Positions 1 to 9,800 of a stretch of DNA of 64,000 bases are shown here, piece after piece; positions within the stretch are counted from its first letter, which is position 1; each line of letters starts with the position of its first letter. The position numbers were made by a program, and so were the translations under genes. This DNA comes from an uncultured delta proteobacterium (GTDB lineage Bacteria; Bdellovibrionota; FAC87; UBA2466). The DNA lies in NCBI GenBank assembly GCA_963778115.1, contig CAVZSV010000004.1, positions 489,904 through 553,903 on the forward strand, written 5' to 3'. The notes under the pieces were generated by a model. The model was not told where the DNA came from. It was given only the letters and a program-made list of their open reading frames with translations, and did no database searches.

Positions 1-234
1 GGCGTTGTTGGGATAGTACTCCGCCCGTAAATCGATCGTGCCAAAGAATTTACTCTTGGGAGGGCCAGCCGGGGTTACCGATTCCATGGTGGTTCCGCCC
101 GAGGCGGCCGGTGCAGAAAGCGTTGTTGACGCATCTTCTCCCCAGCCAACCCCGGAATAAGCGGCTCCCATAGCCATTACCGCCACTACGGCTAGGTAGC
201 TTCGGGTACTCAAACCTCTTTTTCTGACTCTCAT
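1..234 (-). CDS. N-terminal part of a secreted (signal-peptide) protein, truncated by the window edge
   Basis: Own minus-strand translation from ATG 234-232, with a GGAG-rich SD just upstream: MRVRKRGLSTRSYLAVVAVMAMGAAYSGVGW...KFFGTIDLRAEYYPNNA. It stays open to position 1. A basic n-region plus hydrophobic core indicates a Sec signal. Confidence 0.4.
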   Translation of the reverse strand, partial: MRVRKRGLSTRSYLAVVAVMAMGAAYSGVGWGEDASTTLSAPAASGGTTMESVTPAGPPKSKFFGTIDLRAEYYPNNA

Positions 235-492
235 TTCTCTCCCCCTTACTTGATTAACCAAAAGTTGGATTGTGAAGCGCTGCTTCTTACTCATCCTTAA
301 CACAAACCTAAAGCAAGTTTCCTGCCAAAGATGTTTTGGAGATGGAGCAGCCTAAGTAACTTAAATAGAGACGCTTTTTTACGGTGAGTTGGTGTCTTTT
401 TGGCCCTGGCATGGCCCCAGTGGCCCCCACACCGACAGGAGTTGGGCTAAATTCCGCCCTGTCTTTGAGAGGGGGATAGTGGAGATCGTGGC

Positions 493-521
493 AAAAAAAA
501 GCCCGGGCTAGCTACCCGGGC
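493..521 (-). terminator. Rho-independent terminator of the 549-980 gene
   Basis: GCCCGGG-ctagcta-CCCGGGC stem-loop (501-521) adjoins an A8 run (493-500) on the + strand. On the minus strand this is a hairpin followed by a U-run, directly downstream of the stop. Confidence 0.6.
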
Positions 522-548
522 TTTCGCTTCTACAGACTAAATTCAATC

Positions 549-980
549 TTAGGCGCTGACTTTGGCACACTCAGAAGCGCACTTCGCACAACTCTCAGCG
601 CAGTTCTTACAAATCGCATGATGGGATTCATGAACGCGACACGCCTTTTCGCACGCTTTGCAGGCGTCGCCGCAAAGAGCGGCCACTTTGGCAAGATAGG
701 GGGAGCGTTGGGCGGCAAGCTCGCCGAGTGCCCGACACAGGGTAAGCATCTCAGCCACACTCTTCGCACAGTCGGCCATGGACTTGTCACCAGCCGAAAG
801 CAGATCCAAGCAGTGCTGCTGACAGATCTCCCCGGTTTTTACGCAGTTTAGTGCTGCTTCAATTAAAGCCTCTCGATTATCCGAACTTGCCCCTTTGGTT
901 GCGGCCGCGGAGGCCGTGGATTTCAAAATACCCGTCGCCAAAATACCAGCCCCTGCCATTATCACTTCTCGTCGAGTCAT
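549..980 (-). CDS. Tat-exported Cys-rich four-helix-bundle copper-binding/storage-like protein (DUF326/Csp-like)
   Basis: 143 aa. Twin-arginine leader MTRREVIMAGAG...ASAAA. The mature part has 14 Cys in helical CxxxC/CxxC spacing (CQQHC, CGDACKACEKAC, CKNCAESCAKCASEC). Confidence 0.7.
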   Translation of the reverse strand: MTRREVIMAGAGILATGILKSTASAAATKGASSDNREALIEAALNCVKTGEICQQHCLDLLSAGDKSMADCAKSVAEMLTLCRALGELAAQRSPYLAKVAALCGDACKACEKACRVHESHHAICKNCAESCAKCASECAKVSA

Positions 981-1076
981 CGGTGTGTTCTCCTAAAAAT
1001 AGAGTTAAGGGCTCTATTCTCACCTCTCGGTTGTCGAGTGTCGATAAGAAATGAAAGTCCAAAAATAGCCAGCCGC

Positions 1077-1718
1077 CTACTTAACTTCGAATACGATACG
1101 AAGCCGTATCTTGGCGTCGATAGGGTTATGATTGTCTTCGGCGGGACGAAACTGCCAGAGTTTGGCCGTGTTTAATGCGATGGCATCGAGTTCTTCGTTG
1201 CCACTACTCGCCAGAAGTCGAGTCGTCGCGACTCCCCGGCTATTCACTAAGAACTCAATGACCACGGAAGCGTTTAGCTCTTCGTTTTGCAGATAGGAAG
1301 GAATCACTGGGGCTGGAGTATAAAAGGCGACCGGTCCGTGAGTCGCAGGCAAGGTTTGATCGTTTTGGCTGCGGGTTTGGTTGGTTTCTTCAAGCGGGGT
1401 CTCTCCCGCTTTGGCCTTGCGTCCTTTGCCCACTTCTTTGCTGATGGTCGCTTCTTTCGCGGCACGAATGGGCGAAGGCGTTTGCGAAACGAGATGGGTC
1501 TGTGTCGGCATCGTAACGACTTGGGCTTCGACGAAATGGCTCTCATCAATTCCGGTATTGTTAGAGGGATGGACCATCCAGTGTTCGGTGGTACCGGCTA
1601 AAATGAGAGCCACCATTTCAATGAGCAGAGCGGCCAGCGCGCAATAGGACAATACCTTCCATTCAGAGCTGGAGTCATCGGCACTCTTATTCATTACGGT
1701 AAGGGGAAGCGGCTTCAT
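1077..1718 (-). CDS. tonB: TonB-family energy transducer
   Basis: 213 aa. N-terminal TM helix, Pro/Lys/Glu-rich linker, and a TonB_C-like end (VIEFLVNSRGV...ALNTAKLWQFRP). 4-nt overlap with exbD. Confidence 0.7.
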   Translation of the reverse strand: MKPLPLTVMNKSADDSSSEWKVLSYCALAALLIEMVALILAGTTEHWMVHPSNNTGIDESHFVEAQVVTMPTQTHLVSQTPSPIRAAKEATISKEVGKGRKAKAGETPLEETNQTRSQNDQTLPATHGPVAFYTPAPVIPSYLQNEELNASVVIEFLVNSRGVATTRLLASSGNEELDAIALNTAKLWQFRPAEDNHNPIDAKIRLRIVFEVK

Positions 1719-2125
1719 TTGGCCTTTGTCGCCTCGGTGGCAAGCGCAAATTTCCTGACCCCGATCTGGCGGGCGGCATCCATCACTTTAACTACGAGCC
1801 CATAATTGGTCCCTTCGTCAGCATTCACCACCACGATGTCTTGAGTATCGTGGTGCATCTCATAGGCGAGCTGACTTCCTAGAGATTCCAAGGTGACCGG
1901 GGTCTTATTGAGAAAGACCGCTCCGTCTTTTTTAATGGTCAGAATAATGTCTTGTTTAAGCGCTTCGGGGCTAGAGGAGGTCTTGGGCAAAGCCACGGGC
2001 ATGCTATTGATCTTTGTCATCGCCAAAGAAGAGACCATGAAAAAAACCAGCAAGAAGAAAATAACATCGATCATCGGAATGATTTCGATACGGGCTCGCT
2101 TGACCGTTCTTCGTCGAATATTCAT
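1715..2125 (-). CDS. exbD: ExbD/TolR biopolymer transport protein
   Basis: 136 aa. Typical IEIIPMIDVIFFLLVFFMV TM segment plus a periplasmic domain. Tightly packed between exbB and tonB. Confidence 0.85.
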   Translation of the reverse strand: MNIRRRTVKRARIEIIPMIDVIFFLLVFFMVSSLAMTKINSMPVALPKTSSSPEALKQDIILTIKKDGAVFLNKTPVTLESLGSQLAYEMHHDTQDIVVVNADEGTNYGLVVKVMDAARQIGVRKFALATEATKAK

Positions 2126-2126
2126 G

Positions 2127-2825
2127 TTATTTCCCGTTCAGCCGATGTATGGCCATCCGAGCTTCCACCAGCCTGGAGCCGGCACCTTCCAAGTCGTAAA
2201 TGAAATTTTTCACCCGCGCGGTAATGTAATTGTAGGCGACCAAACAAAATAGAGCGATGACTAGACCCGTAGCTGTCGCGATAAGAGCTTCAGCGACTCC
2301 TCCTGTGATCGCATGGGGCTCGTTAACTCCCTTTTCGGAGAGGACCTGGAAGGAAGCCATCATTCCGGTAATGGTCCCCAATAAGCCCATCAAGGGGGCT
2401 GCCGTTATGATCGTATCGATCACATCTACCCGTCGTTCTAACTTTGGTAGCCAGGACTCGGCGGTATTTTTCATTGCAAGCTCCATCTCGGCCAAGGGGC
2501 TATTGAGATGGACCAGCCCTGCCGCCAAGACATCTTCCACCGGTGTCGAACGAGCCGCACAAGCTTGGGAGGCCTCTTGCACTTTGCCCGTGCGCACGTC
2601 GCCGAGGACCCTCTCTAAAAGCCCCGCGGGTGCTTTGAATTTTTTCTGGAGAACCAGAATTCTTTCTAAAATGACCGTAAGGCCGATGAGGGCCGCAATA
2701 AGGAGCGGGTACATCATGAACCCGCCCCGCAAAATAAACTCAAGACCGGCGACAAATGAGTGCATGCTTTTCTTTCCTAAGTCGATGAATAATGAATTAA
2801 GGCGATCAGAATTCGATCTCCTCAA
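2127..2825 (-). CDS. exbB: MotA/TolQ/ExbB proton-channel protein
   Basis: 232-aa ORF. C-terminal motif APLMGLLGTITGMM...GGVAEALIATATGL is typical of ExbB/TolQ. The true start may be M21 (2765). Confidence 0.85.
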   Translation of the reverse strand: MRRSNSDRLNSLFIDLGKKSMHSFVAGLEFILRGGFMMYPLLIAALIGLTVILERILVLQKKFKAPAGLLERVLGDVRTGKVQEASQACAARSTPVEDVLAAGLVHLNSPLAEMELAMKNTAESWLPKLERRVDVIDTIITAAPLMGLLGTITGMMASFQVLSEKGVNEPHAITGGVAEALIATATGLVIALFCLVAYNYITARVKNFIYDLEGAGSRLVEARMAIHRLNGK

Positions 2826-2877
2826 GCCGCAAATAATCTAAAAGGATTCTGAGGATTTGTCACGCGGACCTAAATCT

Positions 2878-3882
2878 TTAAGGAGAGACCTGAGCGTCAA
2901 ACCACGTTTGGCAATAACTAACGCTGCAACTGGAGTGGCTGATGTTGGGATAGGATTGAAAGGTACAGCTGTAACCCCCGTAGGAGCTGATAAGACCGCA
3001 GAAGGTGTTAATTCCTATAGCGGGAACGACATCTTCGGTGCAAGGATCTAGCCCACTCCCGCATTCGCCCAAATTCCAGTTGGTGATGGCAAGAGTGGTG
3101 GGAGAGACGTTAATGACACTATCGGTGTCCACGTCTGAGCTATGAGCAGGGCTGCACGGGCACGGTCCCACTCCACAATCGTGACCGCCCAAATAGAGAC
3201 TTCCGGTATAGCGCCCTACTACGACGCCGTGAGGCAAAGTGGCCGCCGGATCCGTAGCTTCGCAACCGTTGGCGCCTGCAAAGCTATCCATACCCGGAAT
3301 ATCGTAGATCCCTTCGAATAAGCAGGCCGCGGTTCCCGCAGTCCCCTGCCAAGAGGTTTGGGTGAAATCGGTCGTACGAGCCATGCTCACCACCGGAGAT
3401 GTCGCGCCGTGCCCCATTCCCGCGTAAAAAAGATACTCTCCGCTCCAGTTGGCCGCTAACGTCGTATCGGTGGTAATCGCCGTTATCAGAGCACTCACCC
3501 TGCTTTCGTCTTTATTATACGGATAGGTCGTCGCTCCCGCGTAAGTTTCGTAGAGGTTGGCGCAAACCGCGACATAACTATCTAATGCGTAAGTGGACAA
3601 TGCCGTCGTATCGCATGTCATGTTGTCATCGGAAAAAGAGATAAGCAATTTTCGACAGCCGTGGCTCGCACAGAGGGTGGAGTCATAAGCGTAGCGGTAA
3701 CTACAGTTTTCAGAACCCGTCCCTAAGCTGGAACAACTTACCGGAACGGTTCCCGTAATGACGCCAGCCGCCGTAGAGGAGGACTTACTCTTAGAACAGT
3801 TATTGATGGACAGAAAAGTGAGGAACATCGACAAAACGATGGCAAAGTACCCCACGGAGCGTGCGTGTTGTCGTTTCATCAA
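2878..3882 (-). CDS. Cys-rich secreted lipoprotein, function unknown
   Basis: 334 aa. Signal plus lipobox-like LSINNC. Many Cys in the C-terminal third. No motif recognised. Confidence 0.5.
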   Translation of the reverse strand: MMKRQHARSVGYFAIVLSMFLTFLSINNCSKSKSSSTAAGVITGTVPVSCSSLGTGSENCSYRYAYDSTLCASHGCRKLLISFSDDNMTCDTTALSTYALDSYVAVCANLYETYAGATTYPYNKDESRVSALITAITTDTTLAANWSGEYLFYAGMGHGATSPVVSMARTTDFTQTSWQGTAGTAACLFEGIYDIPGMDSFAGANGCEATDPAATLPHGVVVGRYTGSLYLGGHDCGVGPCPCSPAHSSDVDTDSVINVSPTTLAITNWNLGECGSGLDPCTEDVVPAIGINTFCGLISSYGGYSCTFQSYPNISHSSCSVSYCQTWFDAQVSP

Positions 3883-3923
3883 CTTAGATTGTAACGCAGG
3901 TTAACGAAAAACAGCAGCTAAGT

Positions 3924-4454
3924 TTAAGCTTGGTTCCAAGGCATTTTGCTAAGCAGTGTCGCCATAGCGCAAGTATCGGTAACGGCGGAAAAGATAAGCC
4001 CCGCGCCCACGAAAAGACTAAGCCAGAGGAAAGCCGGGTGCACCAACAGACTTGCCGTCAATCCGCCAACCACGAGAGATCCCGCGACAAACCTTACTTG
4101 GCGATCGAGGGCCCACGTGTTCTTCATTCCTTTCTCAATAGCTAGTCCTTGCGCTTTCCACGCTTCGATTCCCCCTTCAAGGACTGAAGCGTTTTTAAAT
4201 CCGCGCTTTTCCAATTCGGCCAACGCACGTTTCGCACGGTTTCCGCTGCGACAAACGATGACGAGGGGTTTGCTTCAATCCAAGGAATCCGAAAGCATTT
4301 CAAGTTGAGACAGGGGCAAAGAACGGGCACCCGGAATTCGCTCGGTGGCGAACTCCGCGGGCTCCCGGACATCAATGTAGTGAGCGTCTATCACGAAGGG
4401 ACCTTAGCAGGTTAGGAAATTGGCTTCAAGAAAGTCTTGTGAAAGGGGTGTCAC
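3924..4454 (-). pseudogene. ygaP: ygaP-like rhodanese + DUF2892 membrane protein gene interrupted by two in-frame stop codons
   Basis: One minus-strand frame reads (GTG)TPLSQDFLEANFLTC-TAA-GPFVIDAHYIDVREPAEFATERIPGARSLPLSQLEMLSDSLD-TGA-SKPLVIVCRSGNRAKRALAELEKRGF...LLSKMPWNQA. Rhodanese active-site loop CRSGNR and a YgaP-like C-terminal membrane hairpin are present. Stops lie at 4404-4406 and 4275-4277, with no frameshift. Confidence 0.6.
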
Positions 4455-4486
4455 TCAGCCTTTCGCAGAAACGACTGAGTGACACC
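4447..4486. repeat. Perfect 12-bp inverted repeat (GGTGTCACTCAG-N16-CTGAGTGACACC)
   Basis: Read directly from the sequence. On the minus strand the 3' arm contains the putative GTG start of the ygaP-like gene. Confidence 0.7.
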
Positions 4487-4799
4487 ATGAGTGGTGACTG
4501 AAGAATTTGGCAAGAACCGTTCTTCTTTTTCGGTTTCTTTAAACTAACGTCACAGCGGAAACCAACAGTGCGAGAAGAATCACATTCAGGATTTGAAAAA
4601 TCATGTCAGTGCGTTTCTTATCCATGGGTCTGAGATTAAAACGATAAGAAAAAAGCTACTTGAATTAACGGCATTAGTATTAACGGCCGTTAAGACGAGG
4701 TATTAGAAAAAAGTGCTTCGTCCTAAACTGCCACGTCGCCCTCTGAGCAACTCGTAATGATAGAAGTTTGGCTGCCATGGGGGGGGGAAACCGGTGTCG

Positions 4800-5702
4800 T
4801 TACTCTTCCTCCCCCAAATACAACAATGCCCGATAGAGTTTAAAGCTCGCAATAAGATCATCCATCGTAAACTGAACGGTCCTGGGCCCTACTCTTTTTA
4901 AGTAAGGCAATAACATCGCACTATCTGCTTGAGTGGTATGGAAGTACGTCAGCTCCACCTGATAGGGAGGCTTTAGTTGATAGGGCAGCACCTGCTTTCT
5001 TTTCTTAATCGCCTCTTCCACCGTTTCCCGAATAAGCACATGCGCTCTTTCGGGAGAAAGAAGTTTCGCCGAAGTTCTCCCAATAGCCTCTTTCACCGAA
5101 GCGGTCCTCACTTCACTGCCTAATAATTCACGAGTTTGAGCCGACGTTGCATCATCTCCCGAGACAAAAACCACGGGGACGCCGTAATGGCCCGCCACCC
5201 AAGCGTTTAATCCCAACTCCGGCATCTCTACTCCATTTACTTTCACCGCAAAAACCGTGGATGAAGCGTTAGTGTGATCTAGGACGGCGTTTTCAGTCCC
5301 CGAACGAGCGTGGTAACCAATAAAGAGAACGGCATCGAACGTACTATCTAATCCCTGCATCATGCCAAGGGGTTTTGGAGATCCTGAGATGAGAGTCGCT
5401 TTGGGATTAAGGTCACTCCAGAGCAAATTGCGCTGTCCTCCGTGCGCGTCGTTCACCACAATTTCCGTGGCTCCCGCTTTGACTGCCCCTTCGATAGCCG
5501 CATTGGTATCTTCCGCCATCCATTTCCGAGCGATGTCATAATCATGTCCGCTTTTTCCGGTTTGGTCCGTTTGAACCACGCCAGAAATTCCTTCCATATC
5601 CACCGATAAATAAATCTTAAGACCACGGGCCGACGCTGATTGCTCAATAGATAGCAGGCAAACCAAAGTTGCGATCGCAATCTTGGTGAATGAAACTTTC
5701 AT
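4800..5702 (-). CDS. Peptidase M55 (DppA-type D-aminopeptidase) with signal peptide
   Basis: KIYLSVDMEGISGVV near the N-terminus is the DppA/M55 hallmark. Start chosen at MKVSFTKIAIATL (5702), preceded by GGAGGGGAG. The ORF track extends to 5744. Confidence 0.8.
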   Translation of the reverse strand: MKVSFTKIAIATLVCLLSIEQSASARGLKIYLSVDMEGISGVVQTDQTGKSGHDYDIARKWMAEDTNAAIEGAVKAGATEIVVNDAHGGQRNLLWSDLNPKATLISGSPKPLGMMQGLDSTFDAVLFIGYHARSGTENAVLDHTNASSTVFAVKVNGVEMPELGLNAWVAGHYGVPVVFVSGDDATSAQTRELLGSEVRTASVKEAIGRTSAKLLSPERAHVLIRETVEEAIKKRKQVLPYQLKPPYQVELTYFHTTQADSAMLLPYLKRVGPRTVQFTMDDLIASFKLYRALLYLGEEE

Positions 5703-5836
5703 CTCCCCTCCCCTTATTGACTTTAGCGCTCCCAGTAGTAGCACCCCCTTGAAAACTAGGCGAGCGACAAATGTGCGTCTTGACCAGCTGCCCAGTCGGA
5801 CTTACTTTCGAAAGCGGCAGGAGAGGAAAAGGTCCC

Positions 5837-6820
5837 ATGCTAACTAAATTAGAATCCATGGCACGGATACCTTTGGCACAGCTTCCTACCCCCCTGGAAT
5901 TAATGCCTCGCTTGGGAAAGGCACTGGGACTCCAAGAACTTTACGTGAAACGGGATGACCTCACCGGAACGGAGCTCGGAGGAAATAAAGCCAGAAAGCT
6001 TGAATATGAATTCGCACAAATCGTCCGCCAAAAATGCGATGTCGTCATCACCACGGGTGGCCCTCAATCCAATCACGCTCGCATTACAGCGGCATTCGCT
6101 CGAAAACTTGGAATTGAAACTAAACTGGTCTTGACCGGAGATCGACCCGCTGACAACCAGGGGAATCTTCTTTTGAATTCGATCTTAGGAGCGCAAATTC
6201 GTTTCGTTCCTGAGTATCTGACGCCGGTTGAACTGAACGCTCAGATGGAAAAATGGAAAAATGAGCTATTGGAATCGGGACGTAACCCTTACCTTATTCC
6301 TTTGGGAGCAAGTACCGGGCTCGGTGCTTTGGGTTATGTTCGAGCGATGTCGGAGCTGTTGCCCTTTTTCGGCCGTAAAGAGGTTCAGATCTTACTCGCC
6401 GTAGGATCGTGCGGAACTTTGGCCGGTGCCGTTTTAGGAGCCGAATTTTTCTTACCCTTCGCCCGAGTCATTGGAATTAGTGTGTCTCGCAAGAGTCGCG
6501 ATATCGCCACGCGCACGATCGCCATCATGAAAGAGAGTTCAGAGTATCTGCACTGCTTAACGACTCTTAAAGAAGACGATCTTGAAATCTATGATGATTA
6601 CTATGGTGAATACGGAAAATTGACTCCTTCCGGAAAAGAAGCTCTCTTACTCGCGGGACGGACCGAGGGACTTTTGCTCGATCCTATTTATACCGCTAAG
6701 GCCATGGCGGGCCTTTGTGATTTAGCTCGCCGCGGAGTCTTGAAAAAGGAGGTCCCTACCGTCTTCGTACACACCGGAGGACTTCCGATTACTTTCGCGT
6801 TTTCAAAAGAGCTTTCCTAG
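5837..6820 (+). CDS. PLP-dependent D-cysteine desulfhydrase / ACC deaminase family enzyme
   Basis: LAQLPTPLE...LYVKRDDLTG..LGGNKARKLEYEF, followed by the GG.QSNH block. Start at MLTKLESM, preceded by GGAGAGGAAAAGG. The ORF track starts at 5771. Confidence 0.8.
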   Translation: MLTKLESMARIPLAQLPTPLELMPRLGKALGLQELYVKRDDLTGTELGGNKARKLEYEFAQIVRQKCDVVITTGGPQSNHARITAAFARKLGIETKLVLTGDRPADNQGNLLLNSILGAQIRFVPEYLTPVELNAQMEKWKNELLESGRNPYLIPLGASTGLGALGYVRAMSELLPFFGRKEVQILLAVGSCGTLAGAVLGAEFFLPFARVIGISVSRKSRDIATRTIAIMKESSEYLHCLTTLKEDDLEIYDDYYGEYGKLTPSGKEALLLAGRTEGLLLDPIYTAKAMAGLCDLARRGVLKKEVPTVFVHTGGLPITFAFSKELS

Positions 6821-6827
6821 ACCCCGG

Positions 6828-9800
6828 CTAATTTTGATGGGTCATTTGAAGGAACAGATCACTAAAAGTCTCTCCATCGTCTTTTCCCCGTTGCACCTGC
6901 ACTTCCCTGTTGTTTCGCTTATCTTTTATTTTCTTTCTGGGATCATCCGTCGGGAAAAAGCGACTGACCGTATCCTTGGGGCCGGGAGGGGTTCCTACCC
7001 CGATCACTTCCACCCGAACATTATTCGTATAGGTGATCTTATCGACGTAGGCCACCTGGCAAACGGAATTTTCGAATGCAAAGACGTCAGAGGGAAAGGG
7101 AGAGTCTTGCGTTTTTTGAAAAGCAATCGAAGTTTCGTAGACATCTCTGCCCACCTCTTTTTCGACCACGGGAGCAACCGTTAAGCCTAAACTTCGCGCC
7201 GCATTCGTATAGAAAGAGATTAGCTTTTTGGAGCCCATTTTGCCCCCTTTCAATTTAATCGTAACCTCTTTCTGTGGAGGGGGCAGACCTAATGCCGCTC
7301 GGTTAGGGGAGGAGAGCAACCCTATCAATTGCTGCGTTCGTACGTTGGCAACTTTCGACGTCACTTTGGAAGAAGAGTCTTTGCTCGAAGCTTCCGCATT
7401 GGCTTTCGCATCCCTTTCATTCTCCGCCCTATCCCGCATGGCCAGAATATCAAGGTGAAAAGAATCCACATCATCGGTCAATCGGCGTTCCACCAGATCG
7501 TGAAGGCGCTGTTTCCCCTGAGAGGGGTCTTTATCATTGAGGCCGTCCAATACCACGCCATCGAGAGCCTTACCAAGACGTCCCTCCAGTCCAACGGCCG
7601 AAGCTTGCGGATATCTCTCAGTATGATCGTGAAAAGCTCTAGCCAAATCCAAAATGGTATCGGGACTAGCACTATCGATAGTCATTTTTAATTTATCCGC
7701 GAGGTCTCTTTCGGAGCTAAGGACGGAAGTGGGAACGGGAAGCGCCTTTCTTCTCTCAAGAAAATCGTCTATCCGCGCGACGGTAACCTCCGAAGGGGGT
7801 ATTCCGAGCTGAGACGGAAAGTTTCCGGCATTTCCCTTTAGCACTGCTTTGATGAAAGTCTTGTCGTGCTTAAATCTATCGATAGCCGCCGCAATCTCGG
7901 TTTCTCCGTACGTCGCATTCTTTCCTAAAGAGGGCGGAGCGCGCCTCTTATCTAAGAAAGTCTGCAAAACCTCCGCGGTTCCCTCCGCAGTTTCAATCTT
8001 TTTCCTCCAAGCCGATCTTCGCTTCTGGAAATCGAAAATAGCTTGTTGAAATAATGGAGAGCCCACCTCCGTCGATTTACGGGTAAAGCCCATCGAAACC
8101 GGATCGTCGGGCTTATCGAGAATATCGGTAAGCAAATCGTGAATCCTTCTCCCTTCAGGATCGGTGCCGCCTATTTCGTCAACCGCGCCTTTATTCGAAA
8201 TGTATTGCGCTATTTTATTATAGGCATCCACTCCTCGTACGTGATCGCGATTCGAGGAAAAAAACTTTTGTCTCGCGGCTTCAATATCGGAAGCGGTCCA
8301 AACAATTTCCGGAGCTAAGACGATGGGCTCCTTTTCATCTGCTTCATCCAGGTCGTCTTCTTCGTTTCCTTTGCTCGTGGGATCTTTGGGTCTTCTTTTC
8401 TTCCTTGGTTCTCTTATCTTTCGCTCGTGCTGCTCGTAATCCCTTTTCGCAATGTTATACAGCGCATCCATGACCATTGCCGTATCGCTATCGTTAACAT
8501 CTTGGAATGTTACGATGTCGGAGCGCTTTACTTTGCCTTCTGTCATGCGAAGCACTCGTCCAACGCGTTGCAGTAACTCTTTGGGGGCGATGCTGTGGTT
8601 GGTGTCGATGTAGGCCGTAAGGGTGGGAACGTTGATTCCTTCGTCTAGCATTCCCACGGTGAAAAGCATTGTGATCTCACCTTTTCGAAACTTCTCTTTT
8701 ATCTCCGCTTGATCGGAGGGAGATAAGTTCGAATGCAATACTCCAATTACGTGCTCCTTGCCGCTAGGAGTTTTCAAATGAAGATTTCTTGCAAAAGCGG
8801 CGAGATTGTCTGCTTCAGTGGTCGTGGGGGAAGCAAAAAAGAGATGTTCGTTATTTTCGAGTATGGGACGAAGCCGGTTAAATACGTTGCCATACTGCTC
8901 TGGGTTCATAATGACCCGTTCCCCTTGCTTCATGGGATACAGAAATAGAGGGTGACCCGTCTCGTCCTGAAAATGCCACGGGTTAATAAAATGGGTATCG
9001 AAAGGGTGAGACTCTCCCAACTCAAGAGCAGTCTGTAGCTGGGTCAGGATTTCAGTAGCGCTTCGATCAAATTTCCCACGCGCTTTGAGATATCCTTCGG
9101 CATTATCTAAATAAGCCCAAAAAGCATTATCGTGAAAGACATGGGAGATAAGATCTTTGTCTCTTCGAATAGGTGTTGCGGTAAATCCGACAACAGGAGC
9201 CGAACCGTGCGGGGGCCTGTCATTAGGGACGTCGGCATTCCGAGAGATGCCTCTCACATCATCTAGAAAATGGTTGGTAAGCTCCGCTCCCGCGTTATGG
9301 GCTTCATCGATGAATAGAGAGGCCAAATGGTCTTTAAGAAGGGCGATATTCATTTTCCGATTCTCTTCGGGATCTTCAAAGGGCCCTTTATCCAGCTTAT
9401 TGATAATGGTTTGGATCGTAGTGACCAAGACAACGGGCTCTCCGCTCTCGGCCCTTCTGACCAGCTCGTCGATAGTTTCAGGAGCGTTAGCCGCTGCCAA
9501 CTTCTCGGCTTGCGTAAGCTCTCTATTGGTCCCGCCCCAACGGACCGTTTCGTAACCGAGATGGGTAGGCATGGCGAGAATATCGTCATGGAGCTGGTCC
9601 ACTAAGCCCACTTGATTGGCGAATAAGATATGAAGGCTTGGAATCCCCTTGCGCCCTTCTCCCGGGGCTCGGCTCGCCAATGCATCGTGATTTTTTTGAA
9701 GCAAGTGAGTCAAAGCTCCTTGCATTACGATGGTCTTTCCTACTCCGGTAGGACCTACGAAGAGGAAAGAGTCGTCGCCTGCTTCCATAGCTCCCTCAAA

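Noticed and set aside
2257-2841. 194-aa plus-strand ORF
   Set aside because: It lies antisense to the well-supported exbB and has no motif.
4275-4277. In-frame TGA in the rhodanese gene as selenocysteine or recoding
   Set aside because: The catalytic Cys is encoded by TGT seven codons downstream, so the TGA is not at the active site. A second in-frame stop is TAA. TGA is used as a normal stop elsewhere (for example at 18545-18547). Pseudogenisation is the simpler reading.
4539-4625. 28-codon hydrophobic mini-ORF (MDKKRTDMIFQILNVILLALLVSAVTLV) on the minus strand
   Set aside because: There is no SD and no conservation evidence is available. It is too short to support from sequence alone.
4689-4702. 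14-bp palindrome TTAACGGCCGTTAA (with a nearby TTAACGGC repeat) as operator or terminator
   Set aside because: There is no adjacent U-run and no nearby promoter or gene start that it could obviously control. It cannot be interpreted further.
4779-4787. G9 homopolymer as a phase-variation switch
   Set aside because: It lies downstream of the dppA-like stop codon and not within a CDS or an obvious promoter spacer.
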